This document shows positions 1 through 10,665 of a stretch of 64,000 bases of DNA, in pieces; position 1 is the stretch's first letter; every line of letters begins with the position of its first letter. Under the pieces are notes generated by a model that was not told the DNA's origin, did not search any database, and worked only from the letters and a program-made list of their open reading frames with translations. Source of the stretch: Nitrospirota bacterium (GTDB lineage Bacteria; Nitrospirota; UBA9217); contig CAVUHW010000020.1 in assembly GCA_963741205.1 (NCBI GenBank), forward strand, positions 192,001-256,000, written 5' to 3'. The translations under genes were made by a program, and so were the position numbers.

Positions 1-815
1 ATGAGGTTGATCAGTTCCTGCGCCTTTGCCTCCGGAAGGTCGCCGAGTACGTCGGCCGCCTCGTCAGGGGGCATGCGTTCGAGAATGTCCGACGCGCGCT
101 CCTTGGACATGTCGTCGATAATGTCCGCCTGGACCCCGGGTTCGAGTTCATGCAGGGCCTCGGCGGCCGTATCGACATCGAGACTGCCGAACAAGGCGGT
201 CCTTTCCTTTTGAGTTACCTCGCTGATGATCTCCGCAAGGTCGGCCGGATGCAGGAGCGAAACCTTTTGACGGGTGACGGTCAAGGTCAGCCTTGTCAGC
301 TTCGGTTCGACGGTCTGGACCAGGCGCCAGGAGATAAGTTTGTGCGGCAGCTTGGAGTGGATCAGGGAAAAGAGCTTTTCGCCGCGCCTTTCGATCCCGA
401 GACGCCGCAGGAGGCCCCGGAATCCGATGTCCGCGGCGACCAGGCACAGCTTCCCCTTTACATCTCCGAGTTCGAGGTCGTTTACGCGCACGAGTTTGGC
501 GCCGTTGATGTCTACGATTTGCTTGTCGAGGAGGTCCCTGCAGATCAGAATGTCCGAGGGCGAGGGCACCGCGCCTGCGAGGTCCTTTCGATAGGCGCTG
601 ACAGAGATGACCCGCCTGTTGAAGAGGTTGACCATCTCCCAGGGAACGAGAAACGTTTCCTTGCCGGAGGAAATAAAGAGGAAGCTCACCGAAGGAAACG
701 GTTCGCCCATGCTCAAGATGATGTCCGTGAGGCGTCCGATCTCATCGCCCATCGGGTCAAGCACCGGCTTGCGATAAACCTCGCTGACGAAAATTTCACC
801 GGCAAAAAAGGGCAT
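1..815 (-). CDS. MgtE-type magnesium transporter intracellular-domain protein (PRC-barrel-like N-terminus, MgtE_N helical repeats); runs off the window
   Basis: Manual minus-strand translation from ATG at 815: MPFFAGEIFVSEVYRKPVLD...RDLLDKQIVDINGAKLVRVNDL...LHPADLAEII...MPPDEAADVLGDL. Absent from the ORF track because no stop lies in the window. Confidence 0.8.
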   Translation of the reverse strand, partial: MPFFAGEIFVSEVYRKPVLDPMGDEIGRLTDIILSMGEPFPSVSFLFISSGKETFLVPWEMVNLFNRRVISVSAYRKDLAGAVPSPSDILICRDLLDKQIVDINGAKLVRVNDLELGDVKGKLCLVAADIGFRGLLRRLGIERRGEKLFSLIHSKLPHKLISWRLVQTVEPKLTRLTLTVTRQKVSLLHPADLAEIISEVTQKERTALFGSLDVDTAAEALHELEPGVQADIIDDMSKERASDILERMPPDEAADVLGDLPEAKAQELINL

Positions 816-1119
816 GATCCGCTCCGCGGCACGGTCCTGAAACGATGGTCTAGGTTATACCAGCGGCCATACGGTATGTCAAGAAAAAAGCCGTCCGCAG
901 CGGCAATGTATGCTAAAATAACTTCAGAACCGGGCAGCAGGCGCGGCGAAAAGCAGGTCGGTGATCCGCGGCGCGAGGAAGCAAAATCCATAAAACATTA
1001 AAATATCTTTATAAATAAATTTAACATGTCTTATCAAACGTTTTCTGCTATAGTCTGGAGAAATTTTTCAGTATATCGCATCAGCTTGCACGGCAATATC
1101 TGAAAGGAGCTCGCAACGT

Positions 1120-1722
1120 ATGTCGGAACCGACCGTAAAAGACGTCAGGAAAGATATCTATCTGGTGATGCATAAAGCACAGTCCATGCTTGAACTCACG
1201 GAAGATGGGTTCATGAAGAACAGGACAGCATCGCTGGACGAGGCGGACGAACTCGCCGGGGAAATTCAGGCAAAGGAAGACGGCCTCACCGCCTTACTTG
1301 CGAAGATGGCCTCCGCAAACAATGAGGCCCGCGCGATCCTGACCGTACCCGCTCACATCGAAAAGATCGCCACGAGCATCAAGCGCATCGGCGAAAACAG
1401 CCGAAGCCGGATCAAAGAAGGGTTGCTGTTCAGCGACAAGGCCATCCTCGAAACGGGCAAACTCTTCACGAAGTCAAAGGACATCCTGAAAAAAGCCGGG
1501 GAGGTAGCGGTCACCGGGTCTCCGGCGACCCTCCAGACTGTGCTGGCCGACAGCGACATCCTCGAACGCATGGCCAATGAATTCGCAACCGCACACGAAG
1601 AGAGGCTCGTGACCGGCGAATGCTCGCCCAAGTCGTCATCGACCTATCTGTGCATCCTGTACGCCTTCGAAGACATGGGCGGCCATATCAAAAACACGAT
1701 CAATAAGCTCGCGGGAAAATAG
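1120..1722 (+). CDS. PhoU-domain protein (like the C-terminal region of Na/Pi cotransporters)
   Basis: Helical 200 aa ORF with IEKIA..., LLFSDKA and HEERLVTGEC motifs; AAGGAG RBS. Confidence 0.7.
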   Translation: MSEPTVKDVRKDIYLVMHKAQSMLELTEDGFMKNRTASLDEADELAGEIQAKEDGLTALLAKMASANNEARAILTVPAHIEKIATSIKRIGENSRSRIKEGLLFSDKAILETGKLFTKSKDILKKAGEVAVTGSPATLQTVLADSDILERMANEFATAHEERLVTGECSPKSSSTYLCILYAFEDMGGHIKNTINKLAGK

Positions 1723-1878
1723 TCGCATTCTCTCCCTCTCCATCCGGAAATCCCTTCGTGCTCGCCCCATCCCCATGGGGCGAGGCAGGGTACTTTCTTC
1801 CTCCTTCTCTTCAGGAGAGGAGCGAAATAACAATATTTTTCATCACAAAGAACTTACACAGGGTAGAAACGCCCAACT

Positions 1879-2660
1879 ATGCCTATCACCTCTATTCCGA
1901 AAATCGGGCTGGCGCTCTCAGGAGGGGCGGCTCGCGGCATAGCGCATATAGCAGTTCTGGACACCCTGGAACTGGAAGGCATCCCCATCCACGCTATCGC
2001 CGGGACAAGCGCCGGCAGCATCATCGGCGCCCTTTATGCCGCAGGCATGCCGCTTCTTGAAATCAAACGGATCATCCTGAAGACGACCTGGACGGACATT
2101 CTGAAATTCAATGTTCCCCGCAGGGGGCTGATCTCGAGCGAGGGCATTTACCGCTTTATGGATTCGATCCTACCGGTCAAAAAGTTCTCCTCCCTTCTCT
2201 TCCCCTTTGCCGCCGTAGCCACCGATCTTCGGACCGGGGAAAAAGTCTCCATCACCACAGGCTCCGTGGCCAGGGCCGTACAGGCAAGCTGCAGTCTGCC
2301 GGTTGTCTTTACTCCGACGGAAATCAACAAGCGTCTGCTGGTGGACGGCGGCGTCGTCAGCCAGATACCGGTCAGGACGGCGAGGGAGGAGCTGGGCGCT
2401 GCAGAAAGTGATCGCCGTGAACGTGAACTACAATGCGCTGGAAACGGAGGAGTTCGACAGCATCATGAAAATCGCGGCCCACCTCTCCGCCCTCTGGGCG
2501 TCGAGAAATGCCCGGGTGGAAGAAAAGCTCGCGGACGTGCTAGTGAACGTCAACGCAAAGGGCATCTCCCTGCTACGATCTCTCAAAGGCGAAGGAACTG
2601 TTGAAACGGGGCAGAATGGCGACTGAGGAAAAGTTGCCGGAGATCCAGGCGCTGCTATGA
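1879..2660 (+). CDS. Patatin-like phospholipase (two apparent 1-nt indels near 2400 and 2573)
   Basis: LALSGGAARG, GTSAG nucleophile and DGG motifs; C-terminus continues in other frames (KVIAVNVNY...YDLSKAKELL...EIQALL*). Confidence 0.85.
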
Positions 2661-3193
2661 ATCTCACGAGGTTTTCATACACGATGTACCGCGCAGTTCA
2701 TCGTATTCTCCTCTTCATCCTGTCAGGATGCGTCATGGACGAAATTTATGACCACCCGGCTGGAGAAGCCCACGTTCACCTACACGGGATCCGAACTGGT
2801 CGAGGCCTCGCAAAACCGGGCAATGGTGAACTTTCTTTTTTCCGTGCATAACCCGAATGAGGCGGGACTAAAAAACGTTTCCGTCTCCTATGAGCTTTTT
2901 ATCGAGGAGGAAAAGTTTCTGACGGGGAAAGACATCCCTTTGGAGCTTAAACCGAAAAGCGACATGGAGATCAAGGTCCCGGCGGAGATCGCCTATAGGG
3001 ACCTCGTGCCAGTTTTGGGTCTGTCGTAGGACGGTTGTTATAAGGCCAGAAAACAATACCCATAACGATCGACGCCGTCTTCTCCGGAAAACCCGCGATC
3101 TACAGCGAAGCAGGAAAAGAGAAACTGATTACCTTCGAGATGAAATTGACCAAGACAGCTGACATTCCGTTGCCCCACGAGAAAAGAAACTAA
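2657..3193 (+). CDS. LEA type 2 (WHy) family lipoprotein, frameshifted
   Basis: LSGC lipobox, then LEKPTFTY...FSVHNPN... typical of LEA_2; pieces lie in several frames. Confidence 0.6.
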
Positions 3194-3314
3194 CAGAACC
3201 AATTGATGTCCAGCCCGGTCTTGACGTGCAACGTGCTCGGTGCACTGACCTTATTGCCGCCGCGGCAGCCTGGGTTGTCGGCAGCCGCACACTTCAAGGT
3301 GAGTTTTTCATCCT

Positions 3315-3689
3315 ATGTTTTCGAAAATATCAGCTGACACTGTCATCCTGTTTCATTTTGCCTTCGTGTTTTTCGCGGTCTTCGGCGGGGTTGCCGTTCA
3401 CTATAAGCGGCAGGTAGCATGGTTTCACATCCCCGCAGTCCTGTGGTCATCGGTGATCAACCTTGGCGGCTGGATCTGCCCGCTCACTCCCCTGGAGAAT
3501 TACTTTCGCTCGAAGGCCGGCCTTGCCGGATACGAAGGCGGCTTTATCGAGCATTACATCGAACCCCTGGTCTACCCGGCTGGCATGCCCCGGAACTTCC
3601 AACTCATCGCGGGTATTTCGGTCGTCCTCTGGAACGTGCTCGTTTATGCGTTCGTCCTGCTGTATTGGAAGCGTCGACAGCAGGATTAA
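3315..3689 (+). CDS. DUF2784 family membrane protein
   Basis: HFAFVFFAVFGG, WICPLTPLEN and GFIEHYIEPLVYP motifs. Confidence 0.85.
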   Translation: MFSKISADTVILFHFAFVFFAVFGGVAVHYKRQVAWFHIPAVLWSSVINLGGWICPLTPLENYFRSKAGLAGYEGGFIEHYIEPLVYPAGMPRNFQLIAGISVVLWNVLVYAFVLLYWKRRQQD

Positions 3690-4044
3690 GGGTCAAAGGG
3701 CTGATTTCAACCAATTAGTGAAGAATCTTGGTTGAAACATGTAGTGTCAGCTACATCCTGTTACTGTTGAAGTTTCCGCTCTTTGAACCATTCTAATTAT
3801 CAACCAGAATTGAATAGCGTATATCCTTAAAATATCCATTCAAAATAATTGACAAGTCTTAATATCTGTGCTTGTATCTAAGTATTTCTCGATAAAGCCA
3901 TTAGATTACAGACACGCGACAGGCCTATTAATATTGCATATTTTAAGTGATGTCGTTACGGACATCCTGAAACATCACACTTCTAAGCTGTAACACTTTT
4001 GAGTTTATCAGTTTCCATTTGTATCAGCTTAACTCTAAAATCAG

Positions 4045-6303
4045 TTGTACGATTTAAGGTGTCGACGATTGAAAGACAAACAATTACTTGCCATTGCTAT
4101 TGCGATTGCCTCATGTGTCTTTCTCCTCGATGTTCGGGCAGTAATAGGGTTCGCATTCTATCTACTCTATATTATCCCCATATTCGTGGCCGCCCCTGCG
4201 ATAAAACGTTTCTCCATCCTCATTCTCCCGTTTATCAGCACGCTCCTGACCACAGCGAGCTATTTTATTGCTCCTCCGGGAGGCAGCCTTTCAAGGGCAA
4301 TAATCAATCGGTCTTTGGGGGTGTTCGTATTTTGGACGGTTTCATTCATTCTAATCATGCGCAAACGGGCGGAGGTAGCGCTGGAGCTATCGTATCGGCA
4401 AGTGCAGCAGAAGATTGACGAGCTCGGGAAAAGCGAAGAAGAGTTGAGATCGTCTCGACAACAACTTATTGACATCATCGATTTTTTCCCGGATGCCACC
4501 TTCGTCATCGACCACAACAGGAAAGTCATTGTATGGAACAACGCCATGGAAGCCATGACCGGCGTAAGCAAGGCGGAGATTATCGGTCAGGGCGATCGTG
4601 CCTACTCTCTTCCCTTTTACGCAGAACGACGGAGGCAGTTGCTTGATCTGATTGAGAACGACGATGAAGCATTAGCGGCTAAGTATGCCTGGGTCCAAAA
4701 AAAGGGGCGTATTCTGTATGCAGAGACTTTTTGCCCCGCCTTATATGGCGGCAAGGGGGCCTATGTATGGGCGACAGCGACGTCGCTTTTAGACATGCAT
4801 GGCAACCATGTAGGTGCCATCGAATCCATACGCGATATGACTGACCGCTGGATGGCCGAAGAAGCACTCCGGAAAAGTGATGCCCGTTTTCGCAGCTACT
4901 TCAACTTACCCCTTGTCGGTATTGCTATTATGAACAGGGAAAAGTGCTGGGTTGAGGCCAACGACCGCATCTGTGATATATTAGGGTACTCGCGTCAGGA
5001 GCTTTTGCACACGGCGTGGTCCGAATTGACGCATCCCGAGGACCTGGCCGTTGCTCAGGAGCAGTTCAATAAAGTGCTCGATGGGCAGCTGGATAGTTAT
5101 ACGCTGGAAAAGCGGTTTATTCGCAAGAATGGAGCAATAATATGGGCCAGCGTTGCCGTGGGAGGTGTTCGGAAACAGGACGGCACACTGGACTATATCG
5201 TAGCGCTCCTACAGGATATCACCGTGCGCAAACAAGCCGAGTCACAGCGCGATCTCCTTACTGCGGCGTTCGAATCGACCGCTGACGCCATTGTAATTAC
5301 AGATACGCCGGATGGTACAATCAGGTATGTAAATAAGGCGTTCGAACAGATTACAGGATATCTCAGGCGTGATATCATTGGGCGTTCCCTGGACCTTCTA
5401 GAGAGCTGCAACGTTGATGACCAGTTAAATCGAATCACCAAGGAAACAAGCGGTAGAAATGACGCCTGGAGTGGACGCCTCATCAGCAAGAAAAAAGACG
5501 GTACCCTATATCATGAGGACTGCACATATACTCCAGTTAAAAATTCCAATGGTGAGACACTGGGCCACGTATCCATCAAACGCGATGTTACAGATAAAAT
5601 GAAGCTCGAATCAATCGCTCAGACCGTGGACAACATGAACAACATTGGATATATCTTTTCAGGGGTCCGGCATGAAATTGGAAATCTTATCTTTGGAATG
5701 ACGGCGCACTTGAATTATCTGGCAGAAAAAGTCGAAAATATTGATACCGCAACTATAAAAAAACATGTGAGCTACGCATTGGAAGCGATCGATGAAATGG
5801 AGTTTATTTTTCGAGGCCTGAAGAGTTTTAATATGTTCGAAAATCTCGAACTTGGTTGGATTAGCATGACCGATTTCATGAACAACTTCCTCGCGTTGAT
5901 ACGGGAGGATTTTTACAAAAAAGGCATAACAATCTTAGTAGAGGTCCAACCGTGTGCTGAACGCTGCCACGGGGATCCGCGCGCGCTACAACAGGTCCTG
6001 CTCAATCTTTTCACGAATGCAGCAGACGCATTAAGCGGAAGAAAAGATGCGTCGGTGTCCGTGTTTGTATCCCGGAACGGCGGCATGGTCAGGATAACAA
6101 TAGAGGATAACGGATGCGGAATACCTGAAGAAAACTTGAAGGACCTTTTCAAGCCATTTTTCACGACCAAGGGCCATGGCACTGGCCTCGGACTTGTCAT
6201 CTCTAAAAAAATGATCGAAAGGATGAACGGAAACATCCAGATTAAGAGTCGTCAGAGTGGAGGAACGACTGTTGACATCCTCCTGCCAATGGAAACACCT
6301 TAA
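4045..6303 (+). CDS. Membrane-bound multi-PAS sensor histidine kinase (no cognate regulator adjacent)
   Basis: N-terminal TM helices, three PAS/PAC repeats, H-box RHEIGN, N-box NAADA, DNGCGI, FFTTK and GTGLGL; lower GC than flanks. Confidence 0.9.
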   Translation: MYDLRCRRLKDKQLLAIAIAIASCVFLLDVRAVIGFAFYLLYIIPIFVAAPAIKRFSILILPFISTLLTTASYFIAPPGGSLSRAIINRSLGVFVFWTVSFILIMRKRAEVALELSYRQVQQKIDELGKSEEELRSSRQQLIDIIDFFPDATFVIDHNRKVIVWNNAMEAMTGVSKAEIIGQGDRAYSLPFYAERRRQLLDLIENDDEALAAKYAWVQKKGRILYAETFCPALYGGKGAYVWATATSLLDMHGNHVGAIESIRDMTDRWMAEEALRKSDARFRSYFNLPLVGIAIMNREKCWVEANDRICDILGYSRQELLHTAWSELTHPEDLAVAQEQFNKVLDGQLDSYTLEKRFIRKNGAIIWASVAVGGVRKQDGTLDYIVALLQDITVRKQAESQRDLLTAAFESTADAIVITDTPDGTIRYVNKAFEQITGYLRRDIIGRSLDLLESCNVDDQLNRITKETSGRNDAWSGRLISKKKDGTLYHEDCTYTPVKNSNGETLGHVSIKRDVTDKMKLESIAQTVDNMNNIGYIFSGVRHEIGNLIFGMTAHLNYLAEKVENIDTATIKKHVSYALEAIDEMEFIFRGLKSFNMFENLELGWISMTDFMNNFLALIREDFYKKGITILVEVQPCAERCHGDPRALQQVLLNLFTNAADALSGRKDASVSVFVSRNGGMVRITIEDNGCGIPEENLKDLFKPFFTTKGHGTGLGLVISKKMIERMNGNIQIKSRQSGGTTVDILLPMETP

Positions 6304-6617
6304 GAAATGAAAGAACTCCTTCCCCGATGGAATAATGAGGCCGCTAGAACTTAATGTATATTTCGAACGGTATTCTTTGCCCTTGTCACAATATCGGCAG
6401 TGCGGACTTGTAGATATATCTCGCGATTTCCAAAACGCGAAACTCTTGTGAAGTACACATAGAAGTTGATAACATATTTGATGCTCCGAAATCACACCTT
6501 GTAGCAAATAATCCCCTCCTCATTTCAATAATTCAATATTTACCCTTGAACTCCGCATCATGCATTTTTCCTCTCGCCTTCCCCCCTTTTCTGTTATAAT
6601 GCCTCCGAGGTATCCTG

Positions 6618-6899
6618 ATGAGACTTTCCAAGGAAATGATCAAACACCTGGCCGACGCCATTGCCGCGAACCTTGAGAGCAAGGGGATCGTCGAATATGA
6701 AGTGCCGAAGGAAGCCATTGCCGCGAAGATCATTGACGTGATTACGGAGAACATGCTTGAGGAGGAGAGGCTCAACAAGGACGTTGAAAAGCTCCTCTCT
6801 TCGCACGAGGCGGAGATCGCCAGGGAGAACATGGACTACCGAAAGGTGTTCGAGCTTACCAAGCAGAAGCTGGCGAAGGAGCGGGGAATAGTTCTCTAA
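6618..6899 (+). CDS. DUF507 family protein
   Basis: MRLSKEMI...KQKLAKERGIVL pattern. Confidence 0.8.
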   Translation: MRLSKEMIKHLADAIAANLESKGIVEYEVPKEAIAAKIIDVITENMLEEERLNKDVEKLLSSHEAEIARENMDYRKVFELTKQKLAKERGIVL

Positions 6900-7013
6900 A
6901 TATGGAGCGAGCCAACCGCGTTGGCGTGCATTAAAGATGTAAAGATTAAAGAAACATTAAATCACGGCAACACGGTTGCCTTGGTCCATACGAAACGGAG
7001 CAAATCAACTATC

Positions 7014-7292
7014 ATGCGTTTAAGCGAAGACCGGATATCCCACCTCTCCCACCTCATCCTGGACAAGATCGTCCGGGACAGGAATATCGACGTGCTCTTG
7101 GCCGAGGAACGGTTGCTGCGCGAGATCAAGCGGACCATCACGTCGGAGTTCCAGTACGAGGACGAGGCCGACGCTGCGGCCCGGCGTACGATCCAGTCGC
7201 TTTCGCGCAGGGTCCCCGAAGGGAGCAGGGAGTGGGACGTCCTGTACCGGAAGTACTTCGAGGAAGAGATGAACAGGAGAAAAAAGGTGTGA
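7014..7292 (+). CDS. DUF507 family protein (second paralog)
   Basis: MRLSEDRISHLSH...VPEGSREWDVLYRKYFEEE; start set at ATG 7014. Confidence 0.8.
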   Translation: MRLSEDRISHLSHLILDKIVRDRNIDVLLAEERLLREIKRTITSEFQYEDEADAAARRTIQSLSRRVPEGSREWDVLYRKYFEEEMNRRKKV

Positions 7293-9403
7293 AGAAAATC
7301 GTCTCCGCCGGCCTCGCCCTCTACTGTGTCGTTTCCGGCTTGGGATTGTTCATCCGTACGGGCCTGGCAAGCAGGTTCCTGATACCCTGGCTGATCGGTT
7401 TCGTCTTTCTCTTCTTCGCCCTTTCCTACGCGGCGCTCTTTACCAAGGAACGCTCCAAAAGCCTCTCCTTCCCCTTCATCATCCTCGGAACCATCGGCCT
7501 CAACTTTCTCATTCAACTGAGCGGCGCCTCCGGCTCGCCGCTCTTCCCTCTCTACTTCCTCATCACCTCGGCAGCCGCATTCCAGCACCGCACCTGGGCC
7601 TACCCGGTGGCAGCTCTCATCCTCGTCATCGAAGCCTCGAACCTCCTCCTCACGGGCCATGCAGACCCGCGGCAATGGTATATGCTCGCCGGCTTCACCG
7701 CCTCCCTCGTCGGCGTTGCCTTCATCACCGCCCACATCATGCACCGCATAAAAAGCGAGGCAAAGACCGCCAGAGACAGCTACGAGAAGCTTCTTTCCGA
7801 TGCCGACGCGGTCGATCCTCTGGCCGGCGGCACGAACGTCGAGGCACTGGCCGAGAAGAGCAGGCAAGCGACCTGTGTCAGCGGCGCAAGAGAGCGGGAA
7901 GGCGCTTTCTGCGCGCTGATCGATATGATCTCTGCCTTCGTTCCCGCCCACACCTATGCCCTCTTTCTCGATGACCGCGAAGACGGGACCTTCACGCTTC
8001 GAGGGGTCCGCAGCCAAAGCAAATACATCCCCTCGCACACCGTGGAGATCTCCGGAGGGAGCGGACTCATCGGCATCTGCGCGGCCCGAAAACAGCCCCA
8101 GTACCTGCCGTACATGGTCGTCCCGCCGCGGAGCCTCGGCTATTATTCAAGAAACGTCCCGGTCAAATCCTTTCTCGCCATCCCGGTCACCCAGGGAGAG
8201 CGGGTCACCGGGGTCCTTGTTGTCGACAGCCTTGTTAACGACGCCTTTCCTGCCGAGCTGCAGGACACCCTGACCCGCTTCATTCCGTTCTTCAGCCAGA
8301 TCATTGAGAAGATCCGCATCTCGCTCGAAATGGACATACGGGCGAAAAACTTCGCGGCTCTTCACGAGATGAGCTCGGTCCTGAGCAGCAGCCTCGATAT
8401 CGCAGAGGTGCTCGACAAACTCGCTGTCCAGGTCAGGTCAGTCGTTCCCTACGACTTCTGCGCCTTCCTGCTGTACGATGAAAAGACGAACGAAGCAATA
8501 TTCAGTACGCTCAGGGGGTACGACGCCGCTTTCTCCGGAAGCAGGTTCCCCATCGAACAAAGCGCGATTCTCGCGCACATGCTGAACGAGTGGCGGGACC
8601 GCCGTGTCTGCTCCATCCATCACGATCCGGACCTGGGTAGCCGGGGTAGAGAGATCGGCCTGTTCCCCCTGAAGGGGTTCCGGCAGCCGCTGAAATCGCT
8701 TTTCGGCAGGCCGCTCGTGGCCCGCGACAAATTCATCGGCGCGGCGTTTCTCGCCTCGCGCCGCGCCAACGCCTTTACCGAATACCACCGGAACTTCATG
8801 GATACCCTCCTGAACCAGGTGTCGATGGTCGTCGACAACAGCATGTTGCACGAGAGCATCCGGGACATGGCCCGCACCGACGGCCTGACGGGACTGTTGA
8901 ATCACCGGACCTTTATGGAAAAGCTTGCCGAGGAATACAAGCGCATCGACCGTGAGCCCCGCCCCTTCTCCATCCTCCTGATGGATATCGACAAATTTAA
9001 AAACGTCAACGACAAGTACGGTCATCCCGTGGGCGACGTGGCGATCAGGGCTGTTGCCAAAATCCTTAAGGAGACAGTCCGAGGATCGGACTTCGTTGCC
9101 CGGTACGGCGGCGAGGAGTTCACCGTAGGCATGGTGGACACGGACAGCCGGGGCGCCTTGCAAATGGGCGAACGTATCCGGAAAATACTGGAAAAAACGC
9201 TCGTGGCGCGCGTCTATGATGGAGATCTGCGCGTGACCGTAAGCATCGGGATCAGTTCGTTCCCTGAGGACACGAAGAACGGAGCAGACCTCGTCACCCT
9301 GGCCGACAACGCGCTTTATCAGGCAAAGCGGTCGGGCAGGAACCGCGTCTGCCTGCACCGGGATGTGAGGGAAGTCGAAGAGAACCCGGTAACCAAACGG
9401 TGA
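7289..9403 (+). CDS. Membrane diguanylate cyclase (TM-GAF-GAF-GGDEF)
   Basis: GTG start overlaps the upstream TGA; several TM helices, two GAF domains, DIDKFK, GHPVGD, RxxD I-site and GGEEF. Confidence 0.9.
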   Translation: MKKIVSAGLALYCVVSGLGLFIRTGLASRFLIPWLIGFVFLFFALSYAALFTKERSKSLSFPFIILGTIGLNFLIQLSGASGSPLFPLYFLITSAAAFQHRTWAYPVAALILVIEASNLLLTGHADPRQWYMLAGFTASLVGVAFITAHIMHRIKSEAKTARDSYEKLLSDADAVDPLAGGTNVEALAEKSRQATCVSGAREREGAFCALIDMISAFVPAHTYALFLDDREDGTFTLRGVRSQSKYIPSHTVEISGGSGLIGICAARKQPQYLPYMVVPPRSLGYYSRNVPVKSFLAIPVTQGERVTGVLVVDSLVNDAFPAELQDTLTRFIPFFSQIIEKIRISLEMDIRAKNFAALHEMSSVLSSSLDIAEVLDKLAVQVRSVVPYDFCAFLLYDEKTNEAIFSTLRGYDAAFSGSRFPIEQSAILAHMLNEWRDRRVCSIHHDPDLGSRGREIGLFPLKGFRQPLKSLFGRPLVARDKFIGAAFLASRRANAFTEYHRNFMDTLLNQVSMVVDNSMLHESIRDMARTDGLTGLLNHRTFMEKLAEEYKRIDREPRPFSILLMDIDKFKNVNDKYGHPVGDVAIRAVAKILKETVRGSDFVARYGGEEFTVGMVDTDSRGALQMGERIRKILEKTLVARVYDGDLRVTVSIGISSFPEDTKNGADLVTLADNALYQAKRSGRNRVCLHRDVREVEENPVTKR

Positions 9404-9420
9404 AGCAGTTCCTCCCCTTT

Positions 9421-9446
9421 CAACCTTTTCTCTTGTCCGGTGTCAC
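9421..9446 (+). promoter_or_regulatory. Possible ECF-sigma autoregulatory promoter
   Basis: CAACC ... TGTCA (AAC/GTC-type -35/-10) just upstream of the ECF sigma gene. Confidence 0.3.
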
Positions 9447-9469
9447 ATTAACCAGAATACGGCGCTGGT

Positions 9470-10012
9470 ATGGATGAAGACCTTGATCTGATCACGAGGA
9501 CCGAAGCAGGCGAACGCGAGGCCTTCGATGAGCTGGTGCTTAAGTATCAAAAACCGCTTTATTCCCTGCTCTACCGCATGGTGAGCAACCACGAGGACGC
9601 CTCGGACGTTCTGCAAAAAACCTTTGTCAAGGCATTCACCGGTCTCGGCTCCTTCGAACGGCGGGCAAGCTTCAAGACCTGGCTTTACCAGATCGCGATC
9701 AATCTCGCGAAAAACGTGTACCGCGACCGCGCGCGGGTCGAGTATGTGCACATCGACAGCGTCGTCATCAGGAAAAACCCCCGGACCCTCGAAACACTGA
9801 TCCACGACGAGAACAGGATGCTGGTCCGGCAGGCGCTGGGAGGGTTGCCCGAAAAGCAGCGGGTAACGCTGATGCTTCGGGTGCAGGAAGGGAAAAAGTT
9901 TGAGGAAATCGCGGGCATCATGCGATGTACCGTAGGGACTGCAAAGGCGAATTTTCATCATGCAATGAAAAAACTGAAATCGAGGCTGGGAGAAAAAGAT
10001 GAGGGGAAATAA
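9470..10012 (+). CDS. ECF RNA polymerase sigma factor
   Basis: Region 2 (AFDELV, DVLQKTF, FKTWLYQIAIN) and region 4 (EEIAGIMRCTVGTAK). Confidence 0.9.
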   Translation: MDEDLDLITRTEAGEREAFDELVLKYQKPLYSLLYRMVSNHEDASDVLQKTFVKAFTGLGSFERRASFKTWLYQIAINLAKNVYRDRARVEYVHIDSVVIRKNPRTLETLIHDENRMLVRQALGGLPEKQRVTLMLRVQEGKKFEEIAGIMRCTVGTAKANFHHAMKKLKSRLGEKDEGK

Positions 10013-10041
10013 ATCCTGCGCCGGCCGAATAAAAACGGGCC

Positions 10042-10665
10042 ATGACATGCCATGACGAAAACATAAAGGACCTTCTCCCCGCTTATCGGGAACAGGTGCT
10101 TGACCAGCCAGAGTTGGACAGGGTCCGGATTCACCTCGAATCATGCGAGGACTGCCGCAGGTCGCTGGTCCTGCTCGAACTCCTGGCCGAAGAGTCCGTC
10201 CCCGATCCGGGGGAGGCATACTGGGCAGCGCTGCCGGAACGAGTGCACCGCGCTGTTCGCGAGGCGAAAGAGCGCAAAGGGCATTTTGGCCTGTCGCGGA
10301 TTCTGGGCAGGTTCATCCTGCCGCGGTGGGCCTGGACCGCAGCGGCGACCGGCGTCGTGCTGCTGGTCTCCTGGGTCGCATTTCGTGCCCCGCAGAAATT
10401 ACCGGATCAGGCTCTGTCTCCGGGATATGAAGTATCCGACGAAATTGTGGCGGCTGACCCGGCGCAGATAAGCGAGTTTGACCGGGATGAACTGGACGCC
10501 GTGGCTTCCTGGGCCGGCAACGAGCTTGCCTCGATTTCCCAGGAGATCGAGAGCGGCATGATGAACGGGTCTGATACGGACCTCTATGAGGACGTGAGAC
10601 AATTAAATGCAAGGGAAGTAGAACGGCTTTCAACCATGATCGATCAATGGAAACAGGAGGGGTAA
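10042..10665 (+). CDS. Zinc-binding (zf-HC2/ZAS) membrane anti-sigma factor
   Basis: HLESCEDC (HxxxCxxC), one TM helix, directly after the ECF sigma. Confidence 0.85.
   Translation: MTCHDENIKDLLPAYREQVLDQPELDRVRIHLESCEDCRRSLVLLELLAEESVPDPGEAYWAALPERVHRAVREAKERKGHFGLSRILGRFILPRWAWTAAATGVVLLVSWVAFRAPQKLPDQALSPGYEVSDEIVAADPAQISEFDRDELDAVASWAGNELASISQEIESGMMNGSDTDLYEDVRQLNAREVERLSTMIDQWKQEG

Noticed and set aside
150-1001. Long antisense or alternate-frame ORFs (for example 150-1001 +, 11900-13399 -, 21546-23282 +, 30392-32221 +, 45634-46770 -)
   Set aside because: They are shadows of recognisable genes on the opposite strand, expected in GC-rich DNA, and carry no motifs.
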